A stretch of 54,305 nucleotides of DNA. Origin: a virus. Lineage: Duplodnaviria > Caudoviricetes. The stretch is taken from the IMG/VR virus record IMGVR_UViG_3300035660_000014, positions 1-54,305 of that record. One strand, given 5' to 3'. A model generated the notes under the pieces. The model worked only from the letters and a program-made list of their open reading frames with translations. It made no database searches and had not been told where the DNA came from. Of this stretch, positions 19,367 through 28,776 are shown in pieces. The position numbers were made by a program, and so were the translations under genes. Within the stretch, counting starts at the first letter, position 1, and each line of letters starts with the position of its first letter.

Positions 19367-21431
19367 ACCTCCGTCTCCTCCTTCTCTTACGCCGCATCGG
19401 GTAGGTCAACATCCCGAGGGGTACACCGTAACCCGCAACACTCCCGGAGGTTGTGATCTCACCGAACAACCCATCCACCACACGTTCGACCGCGGATTGG
19501 TCGAATGGGAAGGCTTGTTGTGTGGGTTTGCCGAAGAACTGTCGGATGGGTTCGCCCACTCTCCGGACCGCACCCACCTTCCCACCTACTCTTTCGTAGT
19601 CCGCGACCATCGACATGTGCTTGCAGTGGTGACCAGCTTCTCGGTATACCGGACACGTACAGGTGTACCTCCCACCCTCCTCACTAACGGTGTACTCGTC
19701 TCCCGGTTTCCCTCGAACGAACTTCACGACGGACCACGACCTCTTCGCCCGACCCTGCGGGCGGATCGCGGAGACCTCGTAGTCGGTGTCGAATAGTTCC
19801 TCGGTAGTTGGCTTGGTGGGGTTACACCATTTGCAACCCGGAACGGGGTTCGCTGGGTCGTGTGTGTCGTTGTGCAAGTTCTCCGCGTCAGCGTCGGCCA
19901 AACAATCGGGGCAGAGCTCGATACCAAGACAGCCCTGGACGGACGAGTGAGTCAGTTTACCACAACCACGACACCTGACCAACTTGTTGGCACCGCGTCG
20001 GAACTTACCACGGTTGCCTTCGTCAACCAGTTCGTCCACCAGTCGGTCGACTGTGGTCTCAGGTGGGTCAGGTGAGGGTTCGGCGGACTCCATCTTTGCC
20101 AAGCGCTTCCTCCAGTACTCGTTCTTAACGTCCACAGAAAGGGACGCACCACCTTTATCCCACCAAGTGTTGTACTCCCTAGGATAGTAGAACTCAGCAT
20201 AGAGGAAGTAGTACTCCTTCGGTACCCACAACTTCAACTGCAAACGAGCCTCAACCTCCGCTTGCTCACCCAGTGACAAAGTCTCGTACTGCTCCTCCGT
20301 TACACCGAAGTACTTTTCATAATCGGGTTCCCACCAACCCATCCATAAACCAGCGGGTACTGGCTTGGTCGACCGGTGTCGAAAGTACAGCATCCGACGG
20401 TTGTCGGTAACGACCACCCTGTAGTCACCCTCCTCGACGTCTGCGAGTGGCTTTGCCTTCCCACTCAGGAACACCAGTTGGTCTCTCTGCTCACCCAACA
20501 ACCCGTCAACCACCTCATCGAGTGTTGACTCCCCAACGTAGACCTGCAACGGCGCGAGTCTAGTGGCGTAACCACCCGTACCAGCCCAGGGTGCACTCAC
20601 ATGGAGGCTCACCTTACGGGGAAGTCGTGTCTGCCTCGGACCCATCAGCTTCAACAGTCGCTCACCATGTTCAGCCCAGATCTTGTCCGCAGCCTCTTGG
20701 CGCGAAGACGCACGAACCTTCCACGTCTCGAAAGCCTCGGTCATCCCATCCTGCCACAACTCACGCGGGAAGTAGTACTTCGCGATGTAGACCTCGAAGG
20801 TCTCAACACCCCTGGGTTTTCTCGGGTTTCCAGGCCACCGAGTCGCCTCGTCGAATTCCGGACTGTCGTAGAGGTTAACCACACAATCTTTGCAAAGTTG
20901 GTGCTGCTCAATATCCTGGACCATATCTCGATACGCTTGCTGAGAAGTACCTCTAGGTACTTGACGTCGATCTGCCCACAGTTGCCTGGTCACCTCACCA
21001 CAATTGGAGCAGGCAGATTTTGTGTTAACCCGCTCCACTGGTTCGAACCCGTATCCGATGCGGATCCGATCGAAGCGACGTTTGTCGAATGTCTCTCCGA
21101 AAGGGAGTTGATGCTGTACTACCCCACCCGACTCCACCTGGACGGGCACGATGTCAAACACACCACCACCGGGACAGGGAACGTGTCCTCGGAGCATCCC
21201 TGCGAGTGCCTCAGGTGGGGTCTCACCACGGTAGTACACCACGAGGTCGACGTCAGACTCCTCGGAAGGACTACCACCTTGAGCGTAACTTCCTCCGAGG
21301 TCGATGTCCACCACAACAAGACCCTCGGGTGCGAGTCGCCTAACCAACGCGAGGGTGTCGTCGCGATACTTTGGGAACTCCCTCCGGATACGGGAGACGA
21401 ACCGAGAGAAGTTGCCCGTTCGAGGTTCCAT
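19356..21431 (-). CDS. Mosaic multidomain protein: nucleotidyltransferase, Zn ribbons, SWIM finger, Arg-rich tail
   Basis: GGSYAQG...SDVDLVV (pol-beta NTase); CSNC/CKDC; CRGC/CPDC; YTCTCP....CKH (SWIM); RRKRRRRRR; three VD.L..E motifs. Confidence 0.75.
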   Translation of the reverse strand: MEPRTGNFSRFVSRIRREFPKYRDDTLALVRRLAPEGLVVVDIDLGGSYAQGGSPSEESDVDLVVYYRGETPPEALAGMLRGHVPCPGGGVFDIVPVQVESGGVVQHQLPFGETFDKRRFDRIRIGYGFEPVERVNTKSACSNCGEVTRQLWADRRQVPRGTSQQAYRDMVQDIEQHQLCKDCVVNLYDSPEFDEATRWPGNPRKPRGVETFEVYIAKYYFPRELWQDGMTEAFETWKVRASSRQEAADKIWAEHGERLLKLMGPRQTRLPRKVSLHVSAPWAGTGGYATRLAPLQVYVGESTLDEVVDGLLGEQRDQLVFLSGKAKPLADVEEGDYRVVVTDNRRMLYFRHRSTKPVPAGLWMGWWEPDYEKYFGVTEEQYETLSLGEQAEVEARLQLKLWVPKEYYFLYAEFYYPREYNTWWDKGGASLSVDVKNEYWRKRLAKMESAEPSPDPPETTVDRLVDELVDEGNRGKFRRGANKLVRCRGCGKLTHSSVQGCLGIELCPDCLADADAENLHNDTHDPANPVPGCKWCNPTKPTTEELFDTDYEVSAIRPQGRAKRSWSVVKFVRGKPGDEYTVSEEGGRYTCTCPVYREAGHHCKHMSMVADYERVGGKVGAVRRVGEPIRQFFGKPTQQAFPFDQSAVERVVDGLFGEITTSGSVAGYGVPLGMLTYPMRRKRRRRRRYAV

Positions 21432-21432
21432 A

Positions 21433-22301
21433 CTACTCCACCACAGCCTCTCTCTTGATCCTCTCGACCAACTCGATAGAGGGCAACGCGTCCTTCGCGG
21501 TCAGACCGTGGCCAGCGAGGATCTGCTCGTGTACCGCCCTGTGGAGGGTCTCGAACCCGTCGGTGAAGTCGACAACCCTCCCGTCGACGATCACGCACCT
21601 ACTTGTCGCCACGTCGGGTTGGATCGAGAACCTCCAAGCAACGGATGCCCGCTCCAACTCCAAGTCACCCGACGCGTGTGTCTTACCCAACACGGAACGG
21701 GTTGACTGGACCGGACCGAAGACCCAGAGCAGCATGTCGAGGAAGTGGATACCGATGTTCATCAACAATCCACCCGACTTCTGCTCGTCACCCTTCCACG
21801 AGTACGCGTACCACTTTCCTCTCGGTGTACAGTAGTGCAAACCGACGGTGAACCGCTTCGTGCTCTCTCCCACCCGCACCTTAAGTACCTTCACCACTGT
21901 GTGCAACCTCAACTGCAACACGGGTGGATCCTGTCGTTGTACTCAGAGTGGGTGAGTGCCAAGCAGTTCTCCGAGTGGATGGTGAGGGGTTTCTCGCAGA
22001 TCACCTCCCTACCCAACCTGAGACCGAGGCGACAGTGCGCGTCGTGGAGGTAGTTGGGTGTGCAGACCACGACGTAGTCCACACCTTCACCAGCTCTTTT
22101 CAGTTTCTCCAGGTGTCGGTCGAACCTCTCGATCTCTCTGAAGTACGACACGTCCCTGAAGTATGAGTCGAGGTAACCAACCGTGTCGTGGGGGTCTGTC
22201 ACAGCAACCAACTCCCCACCAGTCTCCTTTATAGCCCTCACGTGACGGGGAGCGACGTACCCCGCAGCACCGATGATAGCGTACCTATGTTTGCTCAACA
22301 T
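21433..22301 (-). pseudogene. wbpB: Gfo/Idh/MocA oxidoreductase (WbpB-like UDP-GlcNAcA 3-dehydrogenase) split by a frameshift near 21922
   Basis: 5' half has IIGAAGYVAPRH, TPNYLHDAH and ICEKPL; 3' half in the -1 frame has LQLRLH, YCTPRGKWYAYSWKGD..KSGG and NIGIHFLDML. Confidence 0.8.
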
Positions 22302-23140
22302 GGGCAAGCCACCTTCGATGACACCGGCACGAGGTCGCACTCAGACCAAATATGATACTCGACTGTACGACGACACTGTGCGCACCACACTCGAGCAGCG
22401 TGGGCTTTCAGTTGCACCACACTGTCGCTCAAACAATACGAAGGTTTAACCTCTACCAACCACACTATACCGTCTACACACTCGGCGACAAAATCCGCGT
22501 AGTAATGATGAAGTGACCCATCCACACACTGGTATGGGATAGGAAAGTCTACACGTCGGTAGGACACGACAGTGGCGAGGGCTTCCATCACTTCTAATGC
22601 AGACCTTTCCATCCGTGATGCACAAAACAGGGAACGTTGATTCTTCGCAGAGAAAAAATAGCTGGACTTTCCCTGCCAACTGTTCTTCTCGGGTTGGAAG
22701 CCACCCGACATGGCACGGCCTTTAGACAAAGACTGCCTTAACCGAGTGGTGGGAGACCGTTTACGGCCAACGTGTGTTGCTCGTACACGTTGAAGGACCA
22801 CATCCTTATGCTCGGCAAAATATGCAAGGCAACTAGCGGAAACACCTTTCCTTATTTCCTCAACCGCTTCAACTGTATGGTGTCGACCGAAGAATGGGTT
22901 GTCGTGGCCACGTCGACGAGTGGACAACTCGGTGCGAAGCTTCGCACACCACAACGATACGTCTTTTCCATAGGCAGACTTGTAGTCAACAACACTCATA
23001 CCATGGGTCCAATAGAGGTGAGCGGGCAAAGCCAAAAACTTGCCCCCACACACTTCGCAAACCACACCAAACTCACGCACACGCTGTTCGTAAACGGCGT
23101 CCAACTTAGCACACCTTTCGGTTTTAGGTCGACTCATCAC
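22295..23140 (-). CDS. Homing-endonuclease-like protein: Zn finger, NUMOD3, TnsA-N/PD-(D/E)XK nuclease
   Basis: CEVC...HL..TH; NPFFGRHHTVEAVEEI; YYADF...LVEVKP; locally more AT-rich than its neighbours. Confidence 0.75.
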   Translation of the reverse strand: MMSRPKTERCAKLDAVYEQRVREFGVVCEVCGGKFLALPAHLYWTHGMSVVDYKSAYGKDVSLWCAKLRTELSTRRRGHDNPFFGRHHTVEAVEEIRKGVSASCLAYFAEHKDVVLQRVRATHVGRKRSPTTRLRQSLSKGRAMSGGFQPEKNSWQGKSSYFFSAKNQRSLFCASRMERSALEVMEALATVVSYRRVDFPIPYQCVDGSLHHYYADFVAECVDGIVWLVEVKPSYCLSDSVVQLKAHAARVWCAQCRRTVEYHIWSECDLVPVSSKVACPC

Positions 23141-23609
23141 ACCTCTCCACCAAATCGTTCACCACACGATTCAGTAGTGAACTAAACTCAATAGCCCACT
23201 TCGGTGTATAAACCTTTCCCATGTATTCCACGCTGAGTATCCTCGAGGACACAAACATCTTGATGGTGGGTCCCTCGATTGCATAAGGATCCCAACCGAA
23301 AAACACGATGGTGGGAACGGGTGGCTTGTCGTACCCATGGATGTGCACCATCCGCGTGCGCAACGAGTACGGGAAAATTGTTCGATACACCCTACTCGGC
23401 CTACCCGCGTCGGAGCCACCGGGTTGCGTGGTGACTTTATCACGGTAGTATATACGGACAGCCTGCCGTCTCCTCGCAGCGTCCGCAATCGCGCTAATCA
23501 TCTCGCGAGTTTCGGGATCGAGGTCATCCCAGAAAGGTGAGCTAGGACCGATCGCACGAGGTGGATGCGGGTGTTCCTGCTCAACCAATCGTGACCTGGT
23601 ACCGCCCAT
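23124..23609 (-). CDS. WYL-like domain protein (start uncertain)
   Basis: AARRRQAVRIYY...RTIFPYSL...FFGWD...IKMFVSSRILSV. Confidence 0.6.
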   Translation of the reverse strand: MGGTRSRLVEQEHPHPPRAIGPSSPFWDDLDPETREMISAIADAARRRQAVRIYYRDKVTTQPGGSDAGRPSRVYRTIFPYSLRTRMVHIHGYDKPPVPTIVFFGWDPYAIEGPTIKMFVSSRILSVEYMGKVYTPKWAIEFSSLLNRVVNDLVERCDEST

Positions 23610-24597
23610 GCGCGATCTTCTTCAACTTCCCTTCCACATCGGTGAGGGTTGTGTTGCCTTCCGTCCTGAGACTCTCCGCGTCGGTGGTAAGAGTACCCCC
23701 TGGTGTGGGTATGCCACCGAACTTCCCACGAATCCTCGCGAGGGTCAGCATCGCGTAGGCGACACACGTACGGAGAAACTCGGTAGCGTATCTGCGCTTG
23801 CTCCCAGTCAGAAGTGTCTCCCACGTCACGAGGTGCCCTGTTATGTAGAACACATCATACGGTCCACCCCACACGTCCACGTACAACTTCCTCGACTCGG
23901 GGTCGTACCTCCAGTCGGGTTCCGTCCCGCGAACCCTCTGGAACATCTCGAAGAACATCCTCATCATGTACCACTCGCCCACCTTCATCGGGGGGTACGC
24001 CATGTGGGTCAGGATCTCGAAGATGTTCATCCTGAGGATGTCCCTCTCCGACTCGGGAAAGAGGAAGCACACATAGTAGACACCCGTGGTGGACGTGTCC
24101 AACTGGGCCACCACACTCTCCGACTGCTCCCTCAGCACGTTGTTCCTCATCACGAAGGTGTACCGGGAGAACAACCGAGAGGCGTCGTTCACCGCGTCTG
24201 TTATCTGGTCGGGGGTCAACTCAACCTGGACGGTCGGGTACCCGAGTTTCCGCTTGATGTAATCCACCACCTGGTCCCATGTCGTGACCTCACAAGCGGT
24301 GGAGGCACCTGATACGGACCCACTGAAATGATAGGTCTCCCCACCGTACACAAACTCGACACAGTAGTCGTAGGTGTACCCACCCGGAGGGACCTCCGTG
24401 TAGGTGTACTCGTAGACGCCCGTCCCGATGTGTGTCAGGTCAGTCCCGTCGGGAACGACCACCACACCGGTGTCGTGCCGCTTGACACCGTAGGCACCAG
24501 TGGGGTTGGAGAGTTTTGCAGAGGTGACGTTGGTCGGGGTGTAAGGCCCACCCTCCGGACCGACCTCGAACGTCCGCCTAATGGTGATGGTACTCAT
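23581..24597 (-). CDS. gp13: Neck/head-tail adaptor (T4 gp13-like) with an extra N-terminal beta domain
   Basis: DYIKRKLGYPTVQVELTPDQI.DAV...; LARIRGKFGGIPTPGGTLTTDAESL. Confidence 0.8.
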   Translation of the reverse strand: MSTITIRRTFEVGPEGGPYTPTNVTSAKLSNPTGAYGVKRHDTGVVVVPDGTDLTHIGTGVYEYTYTEVPPGGYTYDYCVEFVYGGETYHFSGSVSGASTACEVTTWDQVVDYIKRKLGYPTVQVELTPDQITDAVNDASRLFSRYTFVMRNNVLREQSESVVAQLDTSTTGVYYVCFLFPESERDILRMNIFEILTHMAYPPMKVGEWYMMRMFFEMFQRVRGTEPDWRYDPESRKLYVDVWGGPYDVFYITGHLVTWETLLTGSKRRYATEFLRTCVAYAMLTLARIRGKFGGIPTPGGTLTTDAESLRTEGNTTLTDVEGKLKKIAHGRYQVTIG

Positions 24598-25118
24598 TTG
24601 CTCTTGATGTCCTGTCCGGTGACACGTAAACTGGTGGGTGTACTCGGAACCACCGCGTTAAGTTTCTCGTCGACGCTACCCGCAGCGGGAGCACCAGCGG
24701 TCGGGGCGAGTTTCATCGCGTCTCGCGTCTCCTGGAGGGTGAGACCTCCGGTCTTGTCCGCCAAAGCCTCGTTTGAGTCGGTCGTGTTCGTGAAGGTGCC
24801 GCCGGTCGAAATATCGGTCGGCGTGGCGACGTAAGCGCCAAGCCCATCGTCCGGCGGAACCTTCCAAGTTGCTCGCGACCTTAAAATCTGGTTCGCCGTC
24901 GTAATGCCCACCGAGCCTGGGATAATAAGTTCGGGCTGCTTAACCCACACGAGGCCGGTCGCATAGTCCGTGACCGTTCCGTTGAGGTTGTCCACGAACT
25001 CCGCGACCCGCGTCCCCGCCGCCCGGACGCCCGCCTGGTACGTGCCGTCGTCGCCCACGCGGTCTACCGCCGTCTGGCCGGTACGCGGGAGCCCGATTCT
25101 GGGTGGTCGGAGAATCAC
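24594..25118 (-). CDS. Chimeric protein with a partial Lcl C-terminal (DUF1566-like) domain
   Basis: GTG at 25118 with GAGGAGG RBS; LPRTGQT..GDDGTYQAG and FVDNLNGTVTDYATGLVW, then the sequence diverges. Confidence 0.6.
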   Translation of the reverse strand: MILRPPRIGLPRTGQTAVDRVGDDGTYQAGVRAAGTRVAEFVDNLNGTVTDYATGLVWVKQPELIIPGSVGITTANQILRSRATWKVPPDDGLGAYVATPTDISTGGTFTNTTDSNEALADKTGGLTLQETRDAMKLAPTAGAPAAGSVDEKLNAVVPSTPTSLRVTGQDIKSK

Positions 25119-25222
25119 GAGAGGACCTCCTCGTAAGTGCCGCCGCCCTCGGCGCAAGCATCGGGATTTGTCAGGTCGGTCACGAACCCCGGCGCATGCG
25201 CATCATAGGTCCAGGTCGCCAT
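25115..25222 (-). CDS. 35-aa small ORF, absent from the ORF track
   Basis: MATWTYDAHAPGFVTDLTNPDACAEGGGTYEEVLS; GAGGG upstream; its TGA overlaps the next GTG start (GTGA). Confidence 0.5.
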   Translation of the reverse strand: MATWTYDAHAPGFVTDLTNPDACAEGGGTYEEVLS

Positions 25223-25225
25223 TGG

Positions 25226-25792
25226 TCAACCCTCAACGGGAGAGACCCCACCTACGTGAGCTTTCCCAACGTGGATCTTCAACCCCTGCTCGGATTTGTA
25301 CCTCCTCCCACACTGGGTACACGCAAACACCCCTGGAGTGACAACGTTTGTCGCCTCCTGTATCACACCACTGGGGGGTGGAGCGACCTCTTCCGACTTA
25401 ACCACGGAGACAGGTGGGGGTGTTGCAGGAGCGGGTGCCACTTTGTGGTACTCCGTGAGGTGCCTCTCCATGTGAACCCTACTCCCAGTCCGGAACAGGT
25501 CACACTTTTTGCAGAAGTAGATACCCGCTCGCCGTGTGTAGAGGTTGGTCTCCTCGTCCACAGGGAGAGTCTCTTGGAGCATCACCCTCGACTGGACAGG
25601 ACGAGGTGGGTAGGTGGGCAACGGGGGTGGACCACCCACAGGGACCTTTGTGAGCTGTCCCCGACCCACAAACCGAGAGTACCACGAGTCAGTACTCCAC
25701 TGTTTGGGTCCGAATGTGGTGGTAACACCACCCTTGCTCGGGATCACAACAGGGAACGGGTTCAGGTTTATGTACTGGTATTGGATACTCAT
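25226..25792 (-). CDS. C2H2 zinc-finger protein
   Basis: CKKC...HLTEYH and CTQCGRRYKSEQGLKIHVGKAH; GAGGAG RBS. Confidence 0.75.
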   Translation of the reverse strand: MSIQYQYINLNPFPVVIPSKGGVTTTFGPKQWSTDSWYSRFVGRGQLTKVPVGGPPPLPTYPPRPVQSRVMLQETLPVDEETNLYTRRAGIYFCKKCDLFRTGSRVHMERHLTEYHKVAPAPATPPPVSVVKSEEVAPPPSGVIQEATNVVTPGVFACTQCGRRYKSEQGLKIHVGKAHVGGVSPVEG

Positions 25793-25810
25793 CTCTCCTC
25801 TCCTTTACCC

Positions 25811-25848
25811 AAAAGTGGGCTACCCGAGGGGGTACGGGTAGCCCACTT
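25811..25848 (-). terminator. Intrinsic terminator after the major capsid gene
   Basis: Perfect 14-bp stem AAGTGGGCTACCCG/CGGGTAGCCCACTT with an 8-nt loop, ending in TTTT on the minus strand. Confidence 0.75.
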
Positions 25849-25897
25849 ACCGGACGCAGAGGATCACCATGCACCACACAACTCCAGACCCTTCAGG

Positions 25898-27358
25898 TCA
25901 GGGGCCGAAAGCTCCCCCGGTCTGGGTCACGGTGCCAGTGCAGTACATGTTGGCGTTGACGACCTTGAGACCCGTCCTCTGCATCATCCCCTTCCTGGAG
26001 ATCATGTCGTCGAGGACGATGGTGGGGGTGACGTAGAGGGCGAGGTACGGTGCATAGATGTACCCCGTGTCGAGGAACGACGACCCCTTGAACCCCATCA
26101 GGAACGTGTTCCTCGCCATCGCGGGATCCTTGAACACGGCGAGGTCACCGAGTTCGCCGATCCTCCGGATGCCGACCACACTCGCTGCCGCACCCGCACC
26201 CGCGGATTTGAACTTGCTGAGGGTCTCGATGATGTCGCACACACCGATGCCCGCGACGACCCACGTCGCACTCCGCCGTTGCGTGGCCTGGAAGATGAGG
26301 TTCGACCCCTGGACGAACGCGTCGTAGAGGGACTCCTTATGCCAGATCCACGGAACGTTCACGGGAGGTGTCCTGTCCCACGTCACCGTACCCGCACCAG
26401 CGATCTGCTGGATGTGACGAACGATCTGGTAGTTGACCTCCTTCTGGATCTCGTTCGCCATAAAGGCGGTCACCTCGACCTCGGCGTTGATTCCGTGATA
26501 GGCCTCGAAGTCCTGCTGCGCCTCGATGGACCACCTCGCACGGAGCTTCCTGGGTCTCGCCGTGACGGGACTCGAGGTCAACAGGAGGTCGACTTCGGGG
26601 ATGTCGGTGTTCGCCTCCATGTTGTACTCGTACGAACAGGTGATCGCCGCACCAGCAGCGGGAGCGTTGGCGAACGTGCCGTTATACACACCGTTGGCGT
26701 AGTTGATCGTGTTCACGCCACCGGGGTTGACGTTGCCGACCAGCGCACCGTTCCCGTTGTCGACCACCTCCTGCGTCCCGTCGGTGAACTTCACCGTTCC
26801 CGCACGGACCGGGATGTGAGCGAGCGCACCGGTGCTACCGGCGGTCACACCGTCACCAGTGCCAACCGCCTCCTCCTCCACCACCTCGTCGGTGTAGTGG
26901 GTGTCGGCGGGGGCACCTGCACGGACGTCAAACATCCGCGAACCACGAGCGATCCGTCCCTTCTGGGTCCCATAGAGGACATCCAGATAGAAGACCAACC
27001 CTGTGGGTGCTGTGAGGGGTTGGACGGTGACCAACTCGTTTGCCACCAAGTTGGCGAACACCGCACGGATGAGAGGGAAGACGAACTTCTCGAACGACCC
27101 CACGTGGACCAACCTGGTGGTCTCGTCGAGACCCCGCAACCACTTCATCGAGTTCTCGAGGAGGATAGCGAGAGTCGCCCTAAGGTGTTCCTTGTCCTCA
27201 GGGATACCCTTCAGGAAGTCCACAGTCTTGTGCCGGGAGAACCCACGGATTGCGGAACCCGGCATGCTGCTCCACCTCTCCGCGAGTCGGACACCTATGG
27301 CGCGTGATTCCTCGAGGAGCGCCAAGTGGTCTCCCACGAGTTTGGGTTGCTGTTCCAT
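25898..27358 (-). CDS. gp23: Major capsid protein (T4 gp23-like) with an inserted beta domain
   Basis: LAILLEN, PLIRAVFANLVANELVTVQPLTAPTGLVFYL, VTARPRKLRARWSIEAQQD, GYIYAPY; AAGGAG RBS. Confidence 0.96.
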   Translation of the reverse strand: MEQQPKLVGDHLALLEESRAIGVRLAERWSSMPGSAIRGFSRHKTVDFLKGIPEDKEHLRATLAILLENSMKWLRGLDETTRLVHVGSFEKFVFPLIRAVFANLVANELVTVQPLTAPTGLVFYLDVLYGTQKGRIARGSRMFDVRAGAPADTHYTDEVVEEEAVGTGDGVTAGSTGALAHIPVRAGTVKFTDGTQEVVDNGNGALVGNVNPGGVNTINYANGVYNGTFANAPAAGAAITCSYEYNMEANTDIPEVDLLLTSSPVTARPRKLRARWSIEAQQDFEAYHGINAEVEVTAFMANEIQKEVNYQIVRHIQQIAGAGTVTWDRTPPVNVPWIWHKESLYDAFVQGSNLIFQATQRRSATWVVAGIGVCDIIETLSKFKSAGAGAAASVVGIRRIGELGDLAVFKDPAMARNTFLMGFKGSSFLDTGYIYAPYLALYVTPTIVLDDMISRKGMMQRTGLKVVNANMYCTGTVTQTGGAFGP

Positions 27359-27420
27359 CTTGCAACTCCTTCACTGGACCAATTACACAACTTGCACCCA
27401 ACCAACCGTCACACGGGAGG

Positions 27421-28776
27421 TCAAAAGCCTCTCTGGAACAACCTCTCGATTAGGGTGGTGCCACCCTTGCCCTTGTCCACTGAGACGTCCACTCCTCTCA
27501 CCCCTTCCGCGGGATCCACCAGCCTTGTCGCCGGTACCGCGGGTGGAGTGGTGGGTTGTCTCGACTCCCGAACGGTGGTCTTCGCGCCCCTGGTGCTGGG
27601 TCCCTTCAGTGGGAGACCCTTACACCTAAGGCGTAGTTCCTCGGTGATTTCCTTCAGTGCACCGTAACGGCGCTCACGAAGGAGTCTCAACCTCTTCTCC
27701 TCCCTTGCCCTCGTGAGGAGACTGTCCGCAAGCATGGTCGTCGCAGTTAGTCGCTTCTCGAGGACCTTCCTCTGACGGACCCTCTGGAGGAGTTCTTCGG
27801 CAATCGCCGTGGTTACGTTGAGTCGTTTCCTGAGGTCACCCTCTCGGGGAGGACCCATGGGGTGTGCCCTCGCGACAGCCAACTCGGATGCCAACGACTC
27901 AACCAGGTCAACCACTTGCTTGTCCATCGCTATCGCTCCGCGTTTGGGGTTCGGTGGGGACACCTTGTTAGGTACCAACCCACGCAGGTTCCGTTCCCTC
28001 AACACTTTTACCACCTTCTTGGAGGACTCCAGGAGTCTTTCCTTATAGAGGTTGGGCGAACTACCGAGTGCCCTCGAGGTGGACGCTAGGTGGCTACCCA
28101 GTTCGACCAGCGCTAGAGTGTCCACACCCGAGAGGTCACCACCCACCCTCTCGACCAACTCCTTCGCACGATTGAGGAGCGACGTGTGGGTGGACTTCTC
28201 GGACACAACAGGTGTGGGGTATGCGTAGTCGACAGAGGGTTGGTAGACACAATCCCAGGTGTCACAGTCGTAGTTGTCCTCCACGATATCTACGTCACCT
28301 TCCTTGTGAGTGTCCCCTCTACCCCTAGACGAGATACCAATAGGAACTCCACACGCGTGGAGTTCCTGGAGGATCTTCCCCCTCGGCGTGTCCAACACCA
28401 TATACTCACCCAGCACATACTTCCCCGCGGGAACACCGTACTCGTTCCCCTCCTCGAGGAACTCCATCCACGCCTTCTCCACCAAGTGGGAGACCCTCTC
28501 GAGGTGGGTGATACCCGTATCGGGGTGCTCGAGTTCGCCTAGCGCGAGTCTCGCTCGGACCCTCTTCTGGAGTGGCGAGTCGGGTGAGAGGTTCCTATTC
28601 CACACACTCTCGGGGTAGACTCGGTTGTTGGCGTTCTTGACCCCCACCATCTGGAACACACCCCGAGCGCGAAGTCTATCGCTCAAGGGTGGTTTAGCCC
28701 TCTCGATCACCACGTGGTGGGACACCAGCGGGTGGTCTCTCTCAACCAATTGCCGCGGTGAAGACGTGCTCGCCAT
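27421..28776 (-). CDS. gp21: Prohead protease (T4 gp21 family) fused to a coiled-coil scaffold-like C-terminus
   Basis: GVFQ...KNANNRVYP, ALGELEHP, VSH, LDTPRGKIL, GISSRGRG, TWDCV.QPS; helical Arg/Leu-rich C-terminal half. Confidence 0.92.
   Translation of the reverse strand: MASTSSPRQLVERDHPLVSHHVVIERAKPPLSDRLRARGVFQMVGVKNANNRVYPESVWNRNLSPDSPLQKRVRARLALGELEHPDTGITHLERVSHLVEKAWMEFLEEGNEYGVPAGKYVLGEYMVLDTPRGKILQELHACGVPIGISSRGRGDTHKEGDVDIVEDNYDCDTWDCVYQPSVDYAYPTPVVSEKSTHTSLLNRAKELVERVGGDLSGVDTLALVELGSHLASTSRALGSSPNLYKERLLESSKKVVKVLRERNLRGLVPNKVSPPNPKRGAIAMDKQVVDLVESLASELAVARAHPMGPPREGDLRKRLNVTTAIAEELLQRVRQRKVLEKRLTATTMLADSLLTRAREEKRLRLLRERRYGALKEITEELRLRCKGLPLKGPSTRGAKTTVRESRQPTTPPAVPATRLVDPAEGVRGVDVSVDKGKGGTTLIERLFQRGF

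Noticed and set aside
25103-27307. 734-aa plus-strand ORF
   Set aside because: Antisense shadow of the strongly codon-biased capsid gene; no recognisable motifs.
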